This document shows, in pieces, positions 41,710 to 54,764 of a stretch of 64,000 nt of DNA. Where the stretch lies: the NCBI RefSeq assembly GCF_018977255.1, contig NW_024704742.1, positions 11,472,001 through 11,536,000 on the forward strand, read 5' to 3'. The notes under the pieces were generated by a model. The model was not told where the DNA came from, did not search any database, and worked only from the letters and a program-made list of their open reading frames with translations. The position numbers and the translations under genes were made by a program. Numbering within the stretch: the first letter of the stretch is position 1; the number at the start of each line of letters is the position of its first letter. The stretch comes from Callorhinchus milii. Its lineage: Eukaryota.

Positions 41710-41992
41710 TGTCAAAGAAAATCCCATGGCACCTTTCAAAAATAGAAGAGAGTTTCCCCCGGTGTCCTGATCAAAAATCACCCAAATAAAATTTGTCATT
41801 CACTTCATGGCTGTCTGTGGGACACTACTGTATGCAAATTGGCTACCGTGTTCACCAACAATTGTACAGGCATTATACTTTACAGTAAATCCTGTGAAGC
41901 ATTTTGAGACATTTCGATAACCCTAAACCCTAATTTTCAATTTCTTTTATTTTTCAGGGTTAGAGTAAGACTCTATATCAAATGCAAGGATT
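41710..41992 (+). mobile_element. Old DeuSINE-like 3' part with telomere-like insert
   Basis: atcccatggcac ... gagtttcccccggtgtcctg ... ctgtctgtgggacactactg ... aaatgcaagga. Confidence 0.65.
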
Positions 41993-44320
41993 TTTTTCTG
42001 TATGAATACTCATATAGGGGGGCGAATGGAGGAGAGCAGGGGTGCTACAAATGTAATTTTCTTTAATGGAGACTGCTGATTGAAAGTGATTTAGGAATTG
42101 ACCTGGAGCCATAAAATCCAGAAAAAGCTTGCTGCCACTGAGGCATTACTGTATACTCACCTGTGGTGTGCGATTTGGAGATCTTAAAGCACTTCAAACA
42201 ATAGGGTTTGATTTGAAGATTTGCAAAAAGATTTGTAAATAGCAAATCCAACTATATACAAATATACAAATTTAGTTTGTTGTTGTATGGCAATGAAAAA
42301 TCAGCAGCCACTGGGGTTAGAAATCAGACATGTCTTTGATGCTGTTAATTCTGGCTAGGTTCTTATTATGCTCAATGGAAAGGGCAAGGAACACCATTAC
42401 ATAACGGCCTTATGCAGGAATATTCTTGTTTCAGCTGTGGGCTCTGCCCCACTGAGAGAAAGCTTGCCCATTTAGGTTAATTGGCTAAAGCAGTTATAAA
42501 GAACTCGCTGCATCAGAATTATTTTCTGGCATGCTGTTTTGGTAAATATACTTTTGGGGTGAAACAAATGGAGCGTCAGTAAATCAAGTATCTATCAAGC
42601 TGGGTATCGCTTACTCCAGTCTTTCCCTCCTGCCATGAACAGATAATATGGCAACTTGGACTGAATTTTAAACCATTGATTAAGATGACTCAAACAGCAC
42701 CATCATCAATCTTGCTGTTTCAGCATTCCATGCATGTTGAAGTGTGTATTGGTGCAAGTAGAGCAGTTTCTTACTGAATTTTGCCTGAATCCTGGAAAAG
42801 GCTGGGAAGCCAAATGCTGATTCAATGCTGAAATGGTCCTTGAAATGTAAGGGTTGTCCAGAGTTTTGTAATAGTGACATTGCATGTCACACTGTCCTAA
42901 CTGTAACCAGGAACTGAGCTAGTTTGAAAATGAATCCTGAAATGACAATGTTGAGTCAACTGTTAAGGGGAATCTGATAGTTGTCCTGTTGATAGCAATG
43001 TCGTAGCATTTAGAGAATTCATTGCAATACCAGACTGCTGGTATGTTGTCTCCCTGGAAAGCTGATGTCATTGTGCAACAAATGAAAATTTCTGGAAAAC
43101 ACACAATCACAAGAGAGTTATGGATGGAGTAGGATTTGAGACCCATTTAATCTCCCAGAATTCCCACTTTTCCATCTTTCCATTGCAACGTCAAGATGCT
43201 TGTTCAATGAACTCTACTGCCACTCCAGCTGTAATTGCCACTCTGTATGAAGAAATACTTCCTGGTGGCTGTCCCATAATTGTTCTTCACAAATTGAACC
43301 TGTGCCCTCCAGTTCTAATTCCTTGATGTATCAGAAAGTAACATGTATTTATTTGCTCAATTCTACTTAGCATCTCCTAGACCTCTTCTATCTGAGACAT
43401 TTATTTTCAAAGTTGAAATGCTCTATCTTATCTAATGCTCCTCATGGCTGATCCCTGTAACACTAGGGATCATCCTTGTTGCTCTTCATTTTGCTTCAAG
43501 GTTCTGAGCCTTGTATCAAGGTGTCCAGGTGCAGAGCACTGTACAGCTGGAGCATGAATAGCTATTATACAAAAGCATTTCTAGACTTGGAGGCAAAAAG
43601 TCTACTTTGCCCTCTGTTTTCCTCTGAAAGTCCGAGTGAGAGCAGTATGTATTTAAAATCCCAGTGGCAATGACGCTCTCTGCTTGTATACATGGTGTGC
43701 AGAATTCTTTACTGCTTGCTCTCTGTGTTTTTAATATGTAATAAAATGCATGTGCCTGTTAGCTGTTTCTTTGTACCATCTCAATCATGTGACCTCTGCA
43801 CTTTTGGCCTCTGAAATCCCATGTCCAATTATAATCGTTTCTCGACTGGCTGTGAAATAAAGATCCCTAGGTGTAATGCTGTCTCTTCCTTTTAAGGAAA
43901 GCAACCGAACAAAAAAACGTACATACATTGAAAATGTGCTGTTTGTGTGTGTTGGGGGGAGGGGGTAATGAAAGTATTTTAGGGTTTGTGCAGAGTTTAT
44001 AACTGCGTCACTGATGTGCATGTGTTTGCCTACAAAAGCAGTCACTACATTTTAGTAATTACTAGAAAATACTTTGAGACATTTGAGCACGATGAGGCGC
44101 GTGCAAAAAAGCCCAATTATTTCTTGGTTGTGAGCACAAATGCTAAGTGTGGGCACATTTAACCCTATCTATGCAGCACTGACTTCAAACCCACCTGTAG
44201 CAGAAACTCTCTTAATGTGTGCAATTTCCAACCAAGCAGTATTTTGAGTTAGAAAGTTCTCCAAAATGCTTCTTTGCATCTGATATCATCTGTCTTTATA
44301 TCCAAACCGGACTTGATAAG

Positions 44321-44445
44321 ATAATAATAATAATAATAATAATAATCCTTACATTTGATATAGTGTTTTTCACATCTTCTAGACGTCTCAAAGCGCTTCA
44401 CAGAATATACTGTAAAGTGAATTGACTGTACATTTGTGGGTGAAA
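44321..44445 (-). mobile_element. SINE tail fragment with long (AAT)n
   Basis: (aat)n ccttacatttgatatagtg ... aagcgcttcacagaatatactgtaaagtgaattgactg. Confidence 0.85.
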
Positions 44446-45275
44446 GCATTGAAAAACATACATACATTGACAATGTGGTGTGTGAGTGTTTAGAAAGCTA
44501 CACTCAAAACTAGGAAGTCCCCAGGTTTAATTCCTAATCTGTGCTGAGTAAGAATTACGTTAGGTGAACTACAGTTATCTTCTGGGTACAGTACTCTGGG
44601 TTGGACAGAAAAGCAAAAGTAACCAGGCTTCTTGTTCCTGATCCAGTCTATTAACTCTTCCTGGAAAAGTGTGCTTTCAAGGCTAATAATAATAATAATC
44701 CTTGCATTTGATATGGCCCCTTATCACGTCATTGAGACACCTCAAAGCGCTTAACAGAATAAATAATACATTTTAATTCATAATACGTAATTCATAATTG
44801 TAAAGTGGATTGTCTGTGTATTTGTGGGCTGAGACCTGAAATAGCAGTCTTAGTCTTAAGATTATAGTCTTAAAATATAACATTGTGAAACGTTTTGAAA
44901 ATATGTAAATTTAGCCTTATCCTGGATGCTGGTTTTCTGCAGTGCATTTTAAAATTGTTGGACCACCCTGAAATTGAAGAGAATCTATTTCAATGCAATT
45001 TGTTGTTGTTGTCTTAAGAACGGTCTTGCTTCTGGTAAGAACATGTTCAGCTATTATTCTTCCTGCATGTTCTGGCCCTGCACATACTCACTCTGCACGT
45101 TCACAGATGAGTTCCAGTCTAGCATGGACTCATTGAGCCAAATGCCCTGTTTTGGTGCTACAGTTTATGACTGGCTAAATTGAGTTAGTACCAGAGGGTC
45201 AATATCATTCTGTGCTGTGAGTTCATGCCTTCAAGAGAGGAATTGAGAAAACTGATTCAAAATACAGTTTGTACT

Positions 45276-45400
45276 TCTGTGTGCAATTGTCCGCTGTTTT
45301 GCCCACAAAACATACAGTCAATTCACTTTACAGTATATTCTGTGAAGCGCTTTGAGACCTCTAGATAATGTGATATCAAATGCAAGGATTATTAATATAA
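45276..45400 (+). mobile_element. SINE tail fragment
   Basis: ctgtgtgcaattg ... cagtcaattcactttacagtatattctgtgaagcgc ... aaatgcaaggatt. Confidence 0.85.
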
Positions 45401-45784
45401 TTATTAATATAATTCAAACTATTTTCTTAATATTGTGAGTGCTAATATCAAAAAAAAGGGACACACCTTAGATTGCAAATATAAGATTTGGAGCCCACAC
45501 AGTGCATTTGGAATGTGCTGCTGATCATCCTTCATTCAGCACATCTTTAAAATGCTGTGTCCGCTTACTTCAAGTGAATAACCTACACAATAGCATGTGT
45601 GTGACAGATGCAGTTTGTCAGTGGTTCTCTGGTGTCTTGTTTGCCTGATTTCAATTAATCAATTCAGCTATTCAGTAGCAGAGAGCCAACAATGCAACAA
45701 CAACAACAACTTGGATTTATATAGCGCCCTCCATGCCGGACGGCATCTCAGAGTGCTTTACAGTCCAACAGTCATGTTTATAAA

Positions 45785-46001
45785 ATCATAGAATAATAGA
45801 ATTATATAGCACAGGAGGAGGCCATTCGGCCCATTGTGTCTGTGCCTGTTCTTTGAAAAGAGCAGGCAATCCCATTCTCCCACTCTCTCCCCATAGCCCT
45901 GCAAATTTGTCCTCCCCAAATAATGATGTGCTTCTCTCTTGAAAGTTGTTATCGATTGGCTTCCGCCACCCTTTCAGGCAATGCATTCCAAATTTGAACA
46001 A
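45785..46001 (-). mobile_element. CR1 3' UTR fragment immediately upstream of the ADGRL3 exon
   Basis: Collinear with 35891-36115 (catagaat tail, ggccattcggccc, ccaccctttcaggcaatgc.ttcca.atttgaacaa). Confidence 0.9.
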
Positions 46002-46034
46002 TTCATTTAGAATGAATTATTTTTTCTCTTCCAG

Positions 46035-46144
46035 GTGCAATAATCGCACCCAGTGTGCAGTTGTGGCCGGACCAGATGCCTTTCCAGATCCCTGCCCAGG
46101 AACCTACAAGTATCTGGAAGTTCAGTATGAATGCGTTCCATACA
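46035..46144 (+). CDS. ADGRL3: Internal coding exon (110 nt, phase 2 to phase 1) of adhesion GPCR latrophilin, C-terminal part of the SUEL/rhamnose-binding lectin domain; best match latrophilin-3
   Basis: Pyrimidine tract ttttttctcttccAG (AG at 46033-34) and donor GTAAGT at 46145. Translation (R)[36 protein letters not shown] is the latrophilin RBL motif. CAVVAGPD and YECVPY fit ADGRL3 better than ADGRL1 (CVVVAGSD..YDC) or ADGRL2 (CIVVTGSD), from recalled sequences. Family call is near certain; paralog call less so. Confidence 0.88.
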
Positions 46145-46739
46145 GTAAGTGCACTCCGTCATTCATGCTCACTCACTCTTCACTCACTCATGCTCAAACT
46201 CTTCTCTTGTTCTCTTGGTTAAGTATTACCATGAAATGCATCATAATGTATGCAGGCTGTGTTCTTTCCTCCACTGTCTTATGTAACTGAAGTCCCTCAC
46301 ACTGTAGGTCTTGAGTTGTGTGGTACAGTCTCATTCCAGGTTGATAATGCACCTTATGTGGATTTGCTCAACTATGCTGCCCTTATTCAAAAGTAGTTAC
46401 ACTCCCAAGATGGTGACATATTTTTGTGATGGTCTCTAAAGTGCTTGAGTTGTGCTTCTTATCAATTTCACCATTTATTTTCCTGCAGTTATTGGTTTTA
46501 ACCTTAGTCTTGGATTATCATCTAAATAGTGAATGTCTGTTGTATATTATTAGCTGTCTCTTATCCTCTTCCCTGGATCATGTTAGTCATGGCTTATCCT
46601 ATATATAACCTGTAGTTATTATTTGCTACATTGATTGTTGGTTACATGTTGTCCGTTAAGTACTCTTCATTTACTGCTGTCCACATTAGGTGGCCTGTTA
46701 TCCTCTTTATTGTTTGTGTGCCTGTTTGCTGTGCCTCCT

Positions 46740-47512
46740 CACCTCAGGTGCTGACAGCATCACCATCCATGGTTGCACACTCCATCTTGCTAAGCTCGTC
46801 CGGAAGCTTGGGATCTTGGTTGACCCTCAACTATCCTTTCTACCCCACATCTGCGCTATGACCCGCTCTGCCTTCCCCACCTCCGCAACGTCGCCCGGCT
46901 CCGTCACTGTCTCATACTCCAGCCCACTGAAACCCTTAAACACGCCTTCATTACATCGAGGCTCGACTATGCAAACTCATTGCTTGTTAGCCTCCCCAAC
47001 TCTTCCCTCCACAGGCTGCAAATCATCCAGAACCCTGCAGCCCATGTCCTCTCCCGTACTAGACTCCGTGACCCTATCACCCCCATCCTTGCCCAACTGC
47101 ACTGGCTTCCATTCACACAGAGGATACATTTCAGGATCCTGGTACCTACTTTCAAAGCTCTCCATGGTCTTGCTCCCTCCTATCTCTGCGACCTACTAAC
47201 TCCCTACCATCCTATTCGCTCCCTCTGCTTCATGTCCCCGCCTTGCTCGCCCCACTATTGGTGGGCAGGCCTTCTGCCACTCTGTCCTCACCCTCTGTAA
47301 CTCCATTCCACAGTCCCTCCGTCTCGCCACCTTCAAGACCCACCTCAAGATCCTCCTCTCTGACCTTGCTTTCGATCTCTCTGCTTCCCTCCCTGCCCTC
47401 CATCCTCCCCCACCCTGACCGCCAGCTCGGGTCCGTAACTGTCTGTCCAGCACCTTAGGACATCCTCCCGACGTGAAAGGCACTATACAAATGTAATTTT
47501 GTTGTTGTTGTT
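46740..47512 (+). mobile_element. L2 3' fragment
   Basis: LGILVDPQLSFLPHI, RLRDPITPILAQLHWLP; tail aaatgtaattttgttgttgttg. Confidence 0.88.
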
Positions 47513-48173
47513 ATTTACACTCAATAAAACTTGCAGTTACTACATTCTAAGCACAGCAATGTATTTATGCTCCTCATAATCTGCCCTGACTAACCTTAGC
47601 TAAGTGTTAATCTTACAACTTATAATTATTGCTTTCTAACTTCTGCATGTTATCCTCTAGTCCCTGCAGTTCCTGCTTTAGGAATATAGGACCAGGAGGA
47701 GCCTTGGCAGCCCGTCGAATCTGTCCCAACATGTTGTTAGATTGTGGCAATGTTCCTAATCCCATTTCCCCACCTTTTTTCTATATATTTTAATACCTTT
47801 ACCTCCCAAGTTGTCTACCTTTGTTACTTTAGCTATATGTTGCGAGGCATGCAGTTCCTCAAGAGGTTTGAGAATGTACATTGCTTCTTTATGAAGACAA
47901 TCAATCATATTCTGTTGATATGTGTGTTGCTGCAATATACAGTCAGAACCACCTCTACCTTCCACCCAATGTTGCCAGATCTAATGTATTGGATTCCCTC
48001 TTATTCTTGCAATATATTGGTACTTTTCTTTGTCGGGAGTACCGTGGTATTGAGGTGTATAGTATGGCATGCATGAGACAATCGTGCTGGAATAAGAAAC
48101 TAGGTAGCCTGATTCATCTGCAAGATTTGGAGGGACTTGGAGTCTTCCCAATCAACTCCTAGTAACCCTTCAA

Positions 48174-48422
48174 GGGCGAAACCTTGGGCAAGTTTCCTTA
48201 CTCCACACGCCTAATAATAATCCCTCCAAAACAAAACAATAATAAATTGGTCATTTTCAATCTACAGCTGTTTGTGGGACATTGCTGTGCGCAATTGGCT
48301 GCCGCGTTCGCCCACAAATATACAGTCAATTCACTTTACAGTATATTCTGTGAGGCGCTTTGAGACGTCTAGAAGACGTGAAAAGCGCTATATCAAATGC
48401 AAGGATTATTATTATTATTATT
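48174..48422 (+). mobile_element. SINE, short subfamily, 5'-truncated
   Basis: Near-identical to 63608-63852; long (ATT)n tail. Confidence 0.92.
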
Positions 48423-49084
48423 AAGGTGGAACGCTGATGGGTAGGATGGTTCTAGCCAAACAGTGGGAAACCTGCCAAACAGTGACAGTGGCAAACTGTG
48501 CGGTGGTAAAGCTGGTTAAACTCTAGGAGTACCTAAGCCTCGCCTTGACTCTTGGCAAACTAATAACTTAAACTAATAACTGCTCCTAATAAGTTTGGAA
48601 ATTATGAAAGCAGAGTACAGGCTCTGGGGAGAGAACAGGCAGTCCATTCCAGGGAGAGGGAAATATCTTTGTGTTGGTGGCATGCATATGTGGAACTCTG
48701 ACTGTCTACGTTGGATTCTCTTAAACATGGTGATGGGTTTCCACATATGATCGACACCCAGCAGACGAAACAAAGTTCCATCCTCTGAAACCCAACAGCT
48801 TATCGACAAACCCTGTGGCTGTACGTGACTGATTCCACATCACATTGAAATTTCTGGATGCCTATTCTGCAAAATTAAGTGCAGAACATGTCATTTAAAT
48901 ATGATTCCATTTATCCATAGTTTTTTTTCTCTCTAGTTCCTTTAAAAGAAAGAATTAGTCATTTTCATTTTTTTTTCAAACCTGCTTTTGTTCAATATGG
49001 TTCTCATCAAGGAAGAGTGGGGAGGGTGTTAAAAAATCGAACTTTATCCACTTGAGCATTCGGTAACTGCCTTGTTCATTCCCA

Positions 49085-49310
49085 GATTGGCCACAATACA
49101 TTAACTGTAGATTAAAGCTCTTTCAACTCTGCCCCTGGAATGAGCCATATCCTGACCTCAGAGAAGTGCCACGTAACGCACACACCTCTGTGACATTGAC
49201 ATCAAACGTCCTAACGATTTCTTTCGGGAGATTGATAACGTTAGTACCAAACCAATAGTGTTTTACTCTGTGAGACCACAGGCACCAGAAACTGGGTTGA
49301 ACCTTAAACC
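49085..49310 (-). mobile_element. Possible LF-SINE-like ancient SINE relic
   Basis: aagct..actctgcccc..aatg.gcc..cctgacct and ttagt.ccaa..gttt..cac.ag.aactgg blocks resemble, in order, the reverse complement of the recalled LF-SINE consensus. Confidence 0.4.
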
Positions 49311-49361
49311 TGGACTCATTTTACTTTGGACCTTTAAGACCAATATTTCTTTAAATAATCA

Positions 49362-49758
49362 ATGGAGTCCTGTAGCTCAGTGGTTAGAGCATTCATCTTG
49401 CAAGCGAGACGACCTGAGTTTTTATTCCTGGGCAGTGCGAAACATTGGGCATGCTTCCTTATACTCCACACACACTCGTCTGTTTACCTAACAGTAAGTT
49501 GAAACTCGGTCGTTAGTCGATTGTTGAATCACTTTTCTGGGGGTAATAATCTCTCCCTCCCCCACAAAATAATAAAAAAAAATTTGGGTCACTATATCCA
49601 CGACTGTTTAGCGGGACACTGCTGTGTGTATTTGGCTACTGCGTTTCGCTCACAAAATATACAGTCAATTCACTTTACGGTAGATTCTGTGAAGCTCTTT
49701 GAGACGTCTCGAAGATGTGATAAGGCGCTATATCGAATGCAAGGATTAGTAATATTAT
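49362..49758 (+). mobile_element. tRNA-derived SINE, long subfamily, full length
   Basis: tggagtcctgtagctcagtggttagagc head, body and tail. Confidence 0.9.
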
Positions 49759-50644
49759 GATCACAAGCCAACGCACCTTGCTGCTGTTGTGAAGCATTGC
49801 CTGGTAAAAGCCATACCTTGGTAGGCAAAGTAATGATGGCGAGGGGTATTAATTGACACCGGATCGCATTCAGAACAAATCATAGCGGTTTCACATGGTA
49901 GCACCTCATTACAGCTTTAGGTATTGAAGGCATTTTCCAGATTAAAAAGCAGTGAGGCAGAATCACTGAATACATTGGCTGCTACTTCAGTGTACCCACA
50001 CATGAAGAAAGCTGAAATATTCTTCTGTTGCATTCTCTTATGTGTTGGAAAACACTTTATAATTGTGCCTCAAGGAAGCTAAATATGTCAAATCCTTTAC
50101 ATAACTCATACAAACAACAAACCAAGTCTGGAATAACATCCCTCCCCTGTCTCTTCCTGTATTTGCTTGGCCTCCCAGTCATCAGCAGAGAAAGTATGGA
50201 GGAGATAGGGTTGTCGTGTACAGGGTTTTGAGGGAGGGGCGATATGGAAGAGGCGGGGAGACGTTTAAGGGGGTGGGGGGTTATCCTACCGGAATTAGAA
50301 AAGTGCTGCTGAATGTCCATAGTCTGGACAATTGTCTCTGGAAGTACAAGAACCAATAACAGTTCAAATGCCTTTCTTCAGCACAGCTGCAATTCTCCCT
50401 CGGCCTTTTCCCTGCCCTGTACAATCTTACACACAGATATTGAAAGCTAAGTCATTATTCATTGATTACTGAACATGAGGATATTCCATTATACAGTATC
50501 GGTGGGGAAGAGGCTTCTATTGTAATCTCAGCACCAAGTGATTTCAAAGACACTCTGGTTCTGCACTCTGAGACAGAGCATCCTTGGATCAGCTCCAGTT
50601 GCAGTCTTTTACATCAAAGTAATCAGTCACTGAGATCATAAATA

Positions 50645-50870
50645 AACAACAACAACAACAACGTACATTTATAAAGCGCCCACCACGCAGGGTAGCGTCC
50701 CGGAGTGCTTGACAGTAACGGAGTCTGACCCCAAGCCAGGGGGAGAGGGAAGTGGAAGATTGAGGGAGAGTGTTCCAGAGTTTCGGGACGTAGTGGCTGA
50801 AGGCATGGCCACCGATGGTGGAGCCGAGGGGACAAGGGACAAACAGGAGGCCAGAGCCAGCTGAGCTGAT
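50645..50870 (-). mobile_element. L2 3' end
   Basis: (AAC)n then GSGLL..TIGGHAFSH..PKLWN on the minus strand. Confidence 0.8.
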
Positions 50871-52611
50871 GAGCGTAGAATTAAGCAGTCCTGAAGAAGG
50901 CATTTAAATTGTTATTGATTCTTGAAGCTCCAAACAGTCATCCAAACAATAAACTGCAACAGTGCCCATGTTTTGAGGTATTGTGAAGTTTTATCAAATC
51001 AGACCAAAGATCACTTTGGAGCCAAGCCCCAGCAGTTTGGCATCTTTTTGTTTGTTTCCCCCCATTTGATCCTTTTTAATTTGCTCGTTTGTTTGTGGGA
51101 TATTCAAGTGCAGATTGGTTACCGAGTTTGCCAGACTAACAGTCCTCTCTATGTTATGCAATTTTCTCAATTAAGATGATCGTCACTTCCCTTTATTTTT
51201 TCTGCTTAGCTGCCCTGAGATTCACATTGACACAAAAGGAACTCACCTGCTGTTGCAATTTCATAGTCTTATTTTTTACGTGAATGCTGTTGTATACGTT
51301 CCTATTATGTATATAGAGTTCCTGGGAATCTTGAAAAGAAACCTCAGAAACATGTCTCCTTCTATAATAATAATAATCCTTGCATTTCATAGAGAACCTG
51401 ATCATGTCTTTTGAGACATCTAAAAGTGTATATTTTGTGGGCAAAATTCCTCTAACCAGGAATCAAAGGTTATTGGCTAGTGAACTACAAGTGGGAAGTT
51501 CAGCTTCCAGACTTACCATTGAGAAAGGGGGTGGAGGGTGGTGGGAGTGCAGTTTCTACACATCTACCAGGCAACCCCATTTTATAATGCATGGTTTTGG
51601 GGCGATAAAATCAGAGGAGAAAGTCATCTGTCCCACTTGTAGGTCATCAGATCACCGCTGACATCATGTCTGGCTCTGATATAGAATGAGCAACTTCTTG
51701 TGTATGCAGACAGATGGCCAGCCAGTCCGAGCCAGACGTGGGCCACGCTTTGGTGACCTCGAGTCCACAAGACAGCTGCGATGTAAGCAGACTCGCAAGA
51801 TGTGTTATAGCAGGGCTGCACTATGTTGTGTTCATCAAGAGCTCCTGCTTGATTTAGGTCTTGGGCCTGTCTGACAGTGCCCAAGAGTCTCGCTGTTTCC
51901 CCTCAGTTTATAACATTCAAAATGTCATTGATTGTTTTCTGTGTTTTTTTTAAACAATCTCCTAGCCACCCAGTGCGCTCTTCACTTGTCATGCTGTTGC
52001 CATCATGCCTTCTCCCACCAATCCGACACCATGCCAAAAATAACTCCTAGCAATGTTGGGTAATTTCCTTTTCTTTCTGAGCATTGGCTGAAATTCAAGT
52101 GAAAAAAAATATACAAGGCTTTCTCTGTCGTTTATCTTGGCATGGTCACAGACTATGTGTAAAAGTATTATAGTGTTGGGGAAACTGATATGCCATGTTT
52201 CATCAGTTAAGTGGCACGTATATTTGTGTTCAGAATTGAGCTGGTGGGGTGCCAGGAGGAGAAAGAAGGGGATGGGAAACGGAAATTTTAATCTAAACAC
52301 CAGGTCACAAAGCATCTGAAAGAGAAAGATAGCTTGACTTTCCAACCATCAAGAAATAAGTCTTATGCAATTTTTCTATTAAAAAATTAATTCTTCCGAG
52401 CTCTCTAGTGATTTTGAAACACCAGAAATCAGGCACAACAAAGAGGTTCATGCTGTAATTTATGCTGTATTAATTGTACATAGAACCATATAAATTTACA
52501 GCATAGAAGAAGGCCATTTGGACCATTGTGTCTCAGCTGACTCTTTTAAAAGTAATCCTTTCAGTCCCATTTGCCTGCGTTTTCCCCATACCCCTGCACT
52601 TTACTCCTCTC

Positions 52612-52915
52612 ATCCTTCAGATGAGACGTTAAACCAAGGAGGTCCCATCTGCCTGTTCAGGTGGATGTTAAAGATCCCATGGCACTATTTGAAAAGAGAA
52701 GGGAGTTTTGTCCTAGGTTCTGGACCAACAATCCCCCAAATAAAACATTGCTCACTTACTCCATAGCTGTCTGTGGAGCACTGCTGTGCACAACTGGCTG
52801 CTGCGATTCACCCACAAAATACACAATGACTCCACTTTACAGTATATCCTGTGAAGCGCTTTGAGACATCTCAGCGATGTGCGATATCAAGTGCAAGGAT
52901 TATTATCATTATTAT
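52612..52915 (+). mobile_element. Old DeuSINE-like element, Deu domain to tail
   Basis: cttcagatgagacgttaaacc ... ctgcctgttcaggtggatgtaaagatcccatggcactatttgaa, then the same 3' module and tail as the young SINE. Confidence 0.75.
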
Positions 52916-53549
52916 TTTCTTTTTGAAAGCTAAAATTTTGTTTTCAGTACGATACGATTTACATTTGTATCGCATTGTTCACATTGGGAGGGTGTCTCAG
53001 TGTTTTACACAGCTGGTTTGGACAACTGAGTTTGGAGGTTGGTGGGGGAAACCTGAAGATTCTGTGAATGTTTTTAATTTAGGCATCATTGAAGATCTTG
53101 GAAGGGAGTGATGGTGGCGGAGGTAATAGCACGAAGCCAGCATTGAGAAATCTATTATTTATACATACCGTCTTCGTGCTTGGTCTATAATTGGTGAGAA
53201 AAATGCAAGCTACGATATCTGCCATCAATAAATCAGTTAACACAGCATAATTTTCAAGTGGAATGGTGTTTTCTTTGATAGAACTGGGCTAAAACCCAAT
53301 AGTGTATGTTAACACAGTATGTTGATGTTGCAGATGTATGTCTCTATTTAAATAAATGGGAAAATATATTTCGAAATAAAACCATGAAGACGAATTTGGG
53401 AAAGCAAATGTTAAGTGATATTTTCAATTTAAAAAGCATTCATAACTAAGTTGATCTATTGTGATTTTACAGACTTGAACTTGTGCAAAGTATTGAAAGT
53501 GATGGTATGTTTTCAATAGATTGAGTTCAGAAACTCCTTTGGTGGCACG

Positions 53550-53850
53550 TGATAATAATCCTTACATTTGATGTAACATATATAACATCAAAGCAGGCTT
53601 CACAGGGAATTGCTGTAATGTGAAGAGGCTATGTGTTTGTTGGAGAACACAGCAGCCAATTTGCACATAGGAATGCCCTGCAAACAGCCATGAAGCGTGT
53701 GACCAATTTGGTCAGAACACTGGGAGGAAACTTCCTTCCCTTTGCAAATAGTCACGGCATCTTTTAACATCTGCTTCAACAAGTAATGGGACCTTAGTGA
53801 AACATATCTCGTCTGAAGAATGACAATGTAATGTTTCTCTAGCACTGCTT
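53550..53850 (-). mobile_element. Old DeuSINE-like element
   Basis: Degenerate reverse-complement tail plus aaatagtcacggcatcttttaacatctg and tctcgtctgaa. Confidence 0.55.
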
Positions 53851-54085
53851 AGGAGTATTAACCCCAGTAGGGGTCTAACTAATTAAACAGGAATCATAAA
53901 ACCCCAACTTATGGTGAGGCCTGAACAGCCAGTTTGATTGCTCATCCAGACGGCCGGTCAGATAGTTCCATGCTCACCTCTGGTACCCATGTTAAACGAA
54001 AAGTGGCCGACTTTCAATCTTTTCGATCTACGTGTTGTCCCCAAATGCTCCAGCTGAGTTATTAAGGCCCTGCCTCTTGGTCAGT

Positions 54086-54465
54086 GTGGAGTCTTGCAGC
54101 TTAGTGGTTAAGGCGCTCACCTCACAAGTAAAAGGACCTGGGTTTGATTCCTGGGCGGGCCGAAACCTTGGGCAAGTTTCCTTAATCCTCAGTTTACCTA
54201 GCAGTAAGTAGGAGCACGGTTATTAGTCGATTTGTGGATTGCTTTTCCAGGGATAATAATCAATTCGAAACAATAAATAAAATATTAATAATTTGGTCAC
54301 TTAATCCACTACTGTTTGTGGGACACTGCTGTGCGCAATTGGCTGCCGCGTTTCACCCACAAAATATATGATCATTACACTTCACAATATATTCAGTGAA
54401 GCAGTTCAAGAAGTCTTGAAGACGTGTTAAGGTGCTATATCAAATGCAAGGATTATTATTATTAT
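54086..54465 (+). mobile_element. tRNA-derived SINE, long subfamily, full length
   Basis: gtggagtcttgcagcttagtgg head, B-box gtttgattcc, body and (ATT)n tail. Confidence 0.9.
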
Positions 54466-54764
54466 AAAGGGCATGGGGCCACACCGTATTTATTTTTCTT
54501 GTCTATTTTCTCTGATAAAGGTTTGTTTCCTTGTTTTCCCTTCTTTGGGGCATATGGTTCATTGGGTGGCGATTGGCTGTTAAATATTTAATTGTTTTGA
54601 GCCATTTTAAATTGGGGCATTGGGCCAGTTTAAATTCACATTACATCTGTGAATTAAGGCTTGTGCTGGGGGTTGACACTAATATGCAGTTGGGAGTTTT
54701 GTTTTTAGTAAAGTAGAGTAAGGATAAGTAAATTGTTTCCTCATTAAGGATATTGCTAAGGTGT

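Noticed and set aside
1..46034. Upstream lectin exon (RRELSCE...YGRTDDKIC)
   Set aside because: Not present in the ORF track or seen in the sequence; the intron probably exceeds 46 kb.
45946..46290. 114-aa ORF as a standalone gene
   Set aside because: Only 46035-46144 is latrophilin-like and it is bounded by canonical splice sites; the rest is read-through into CR1 and intron.
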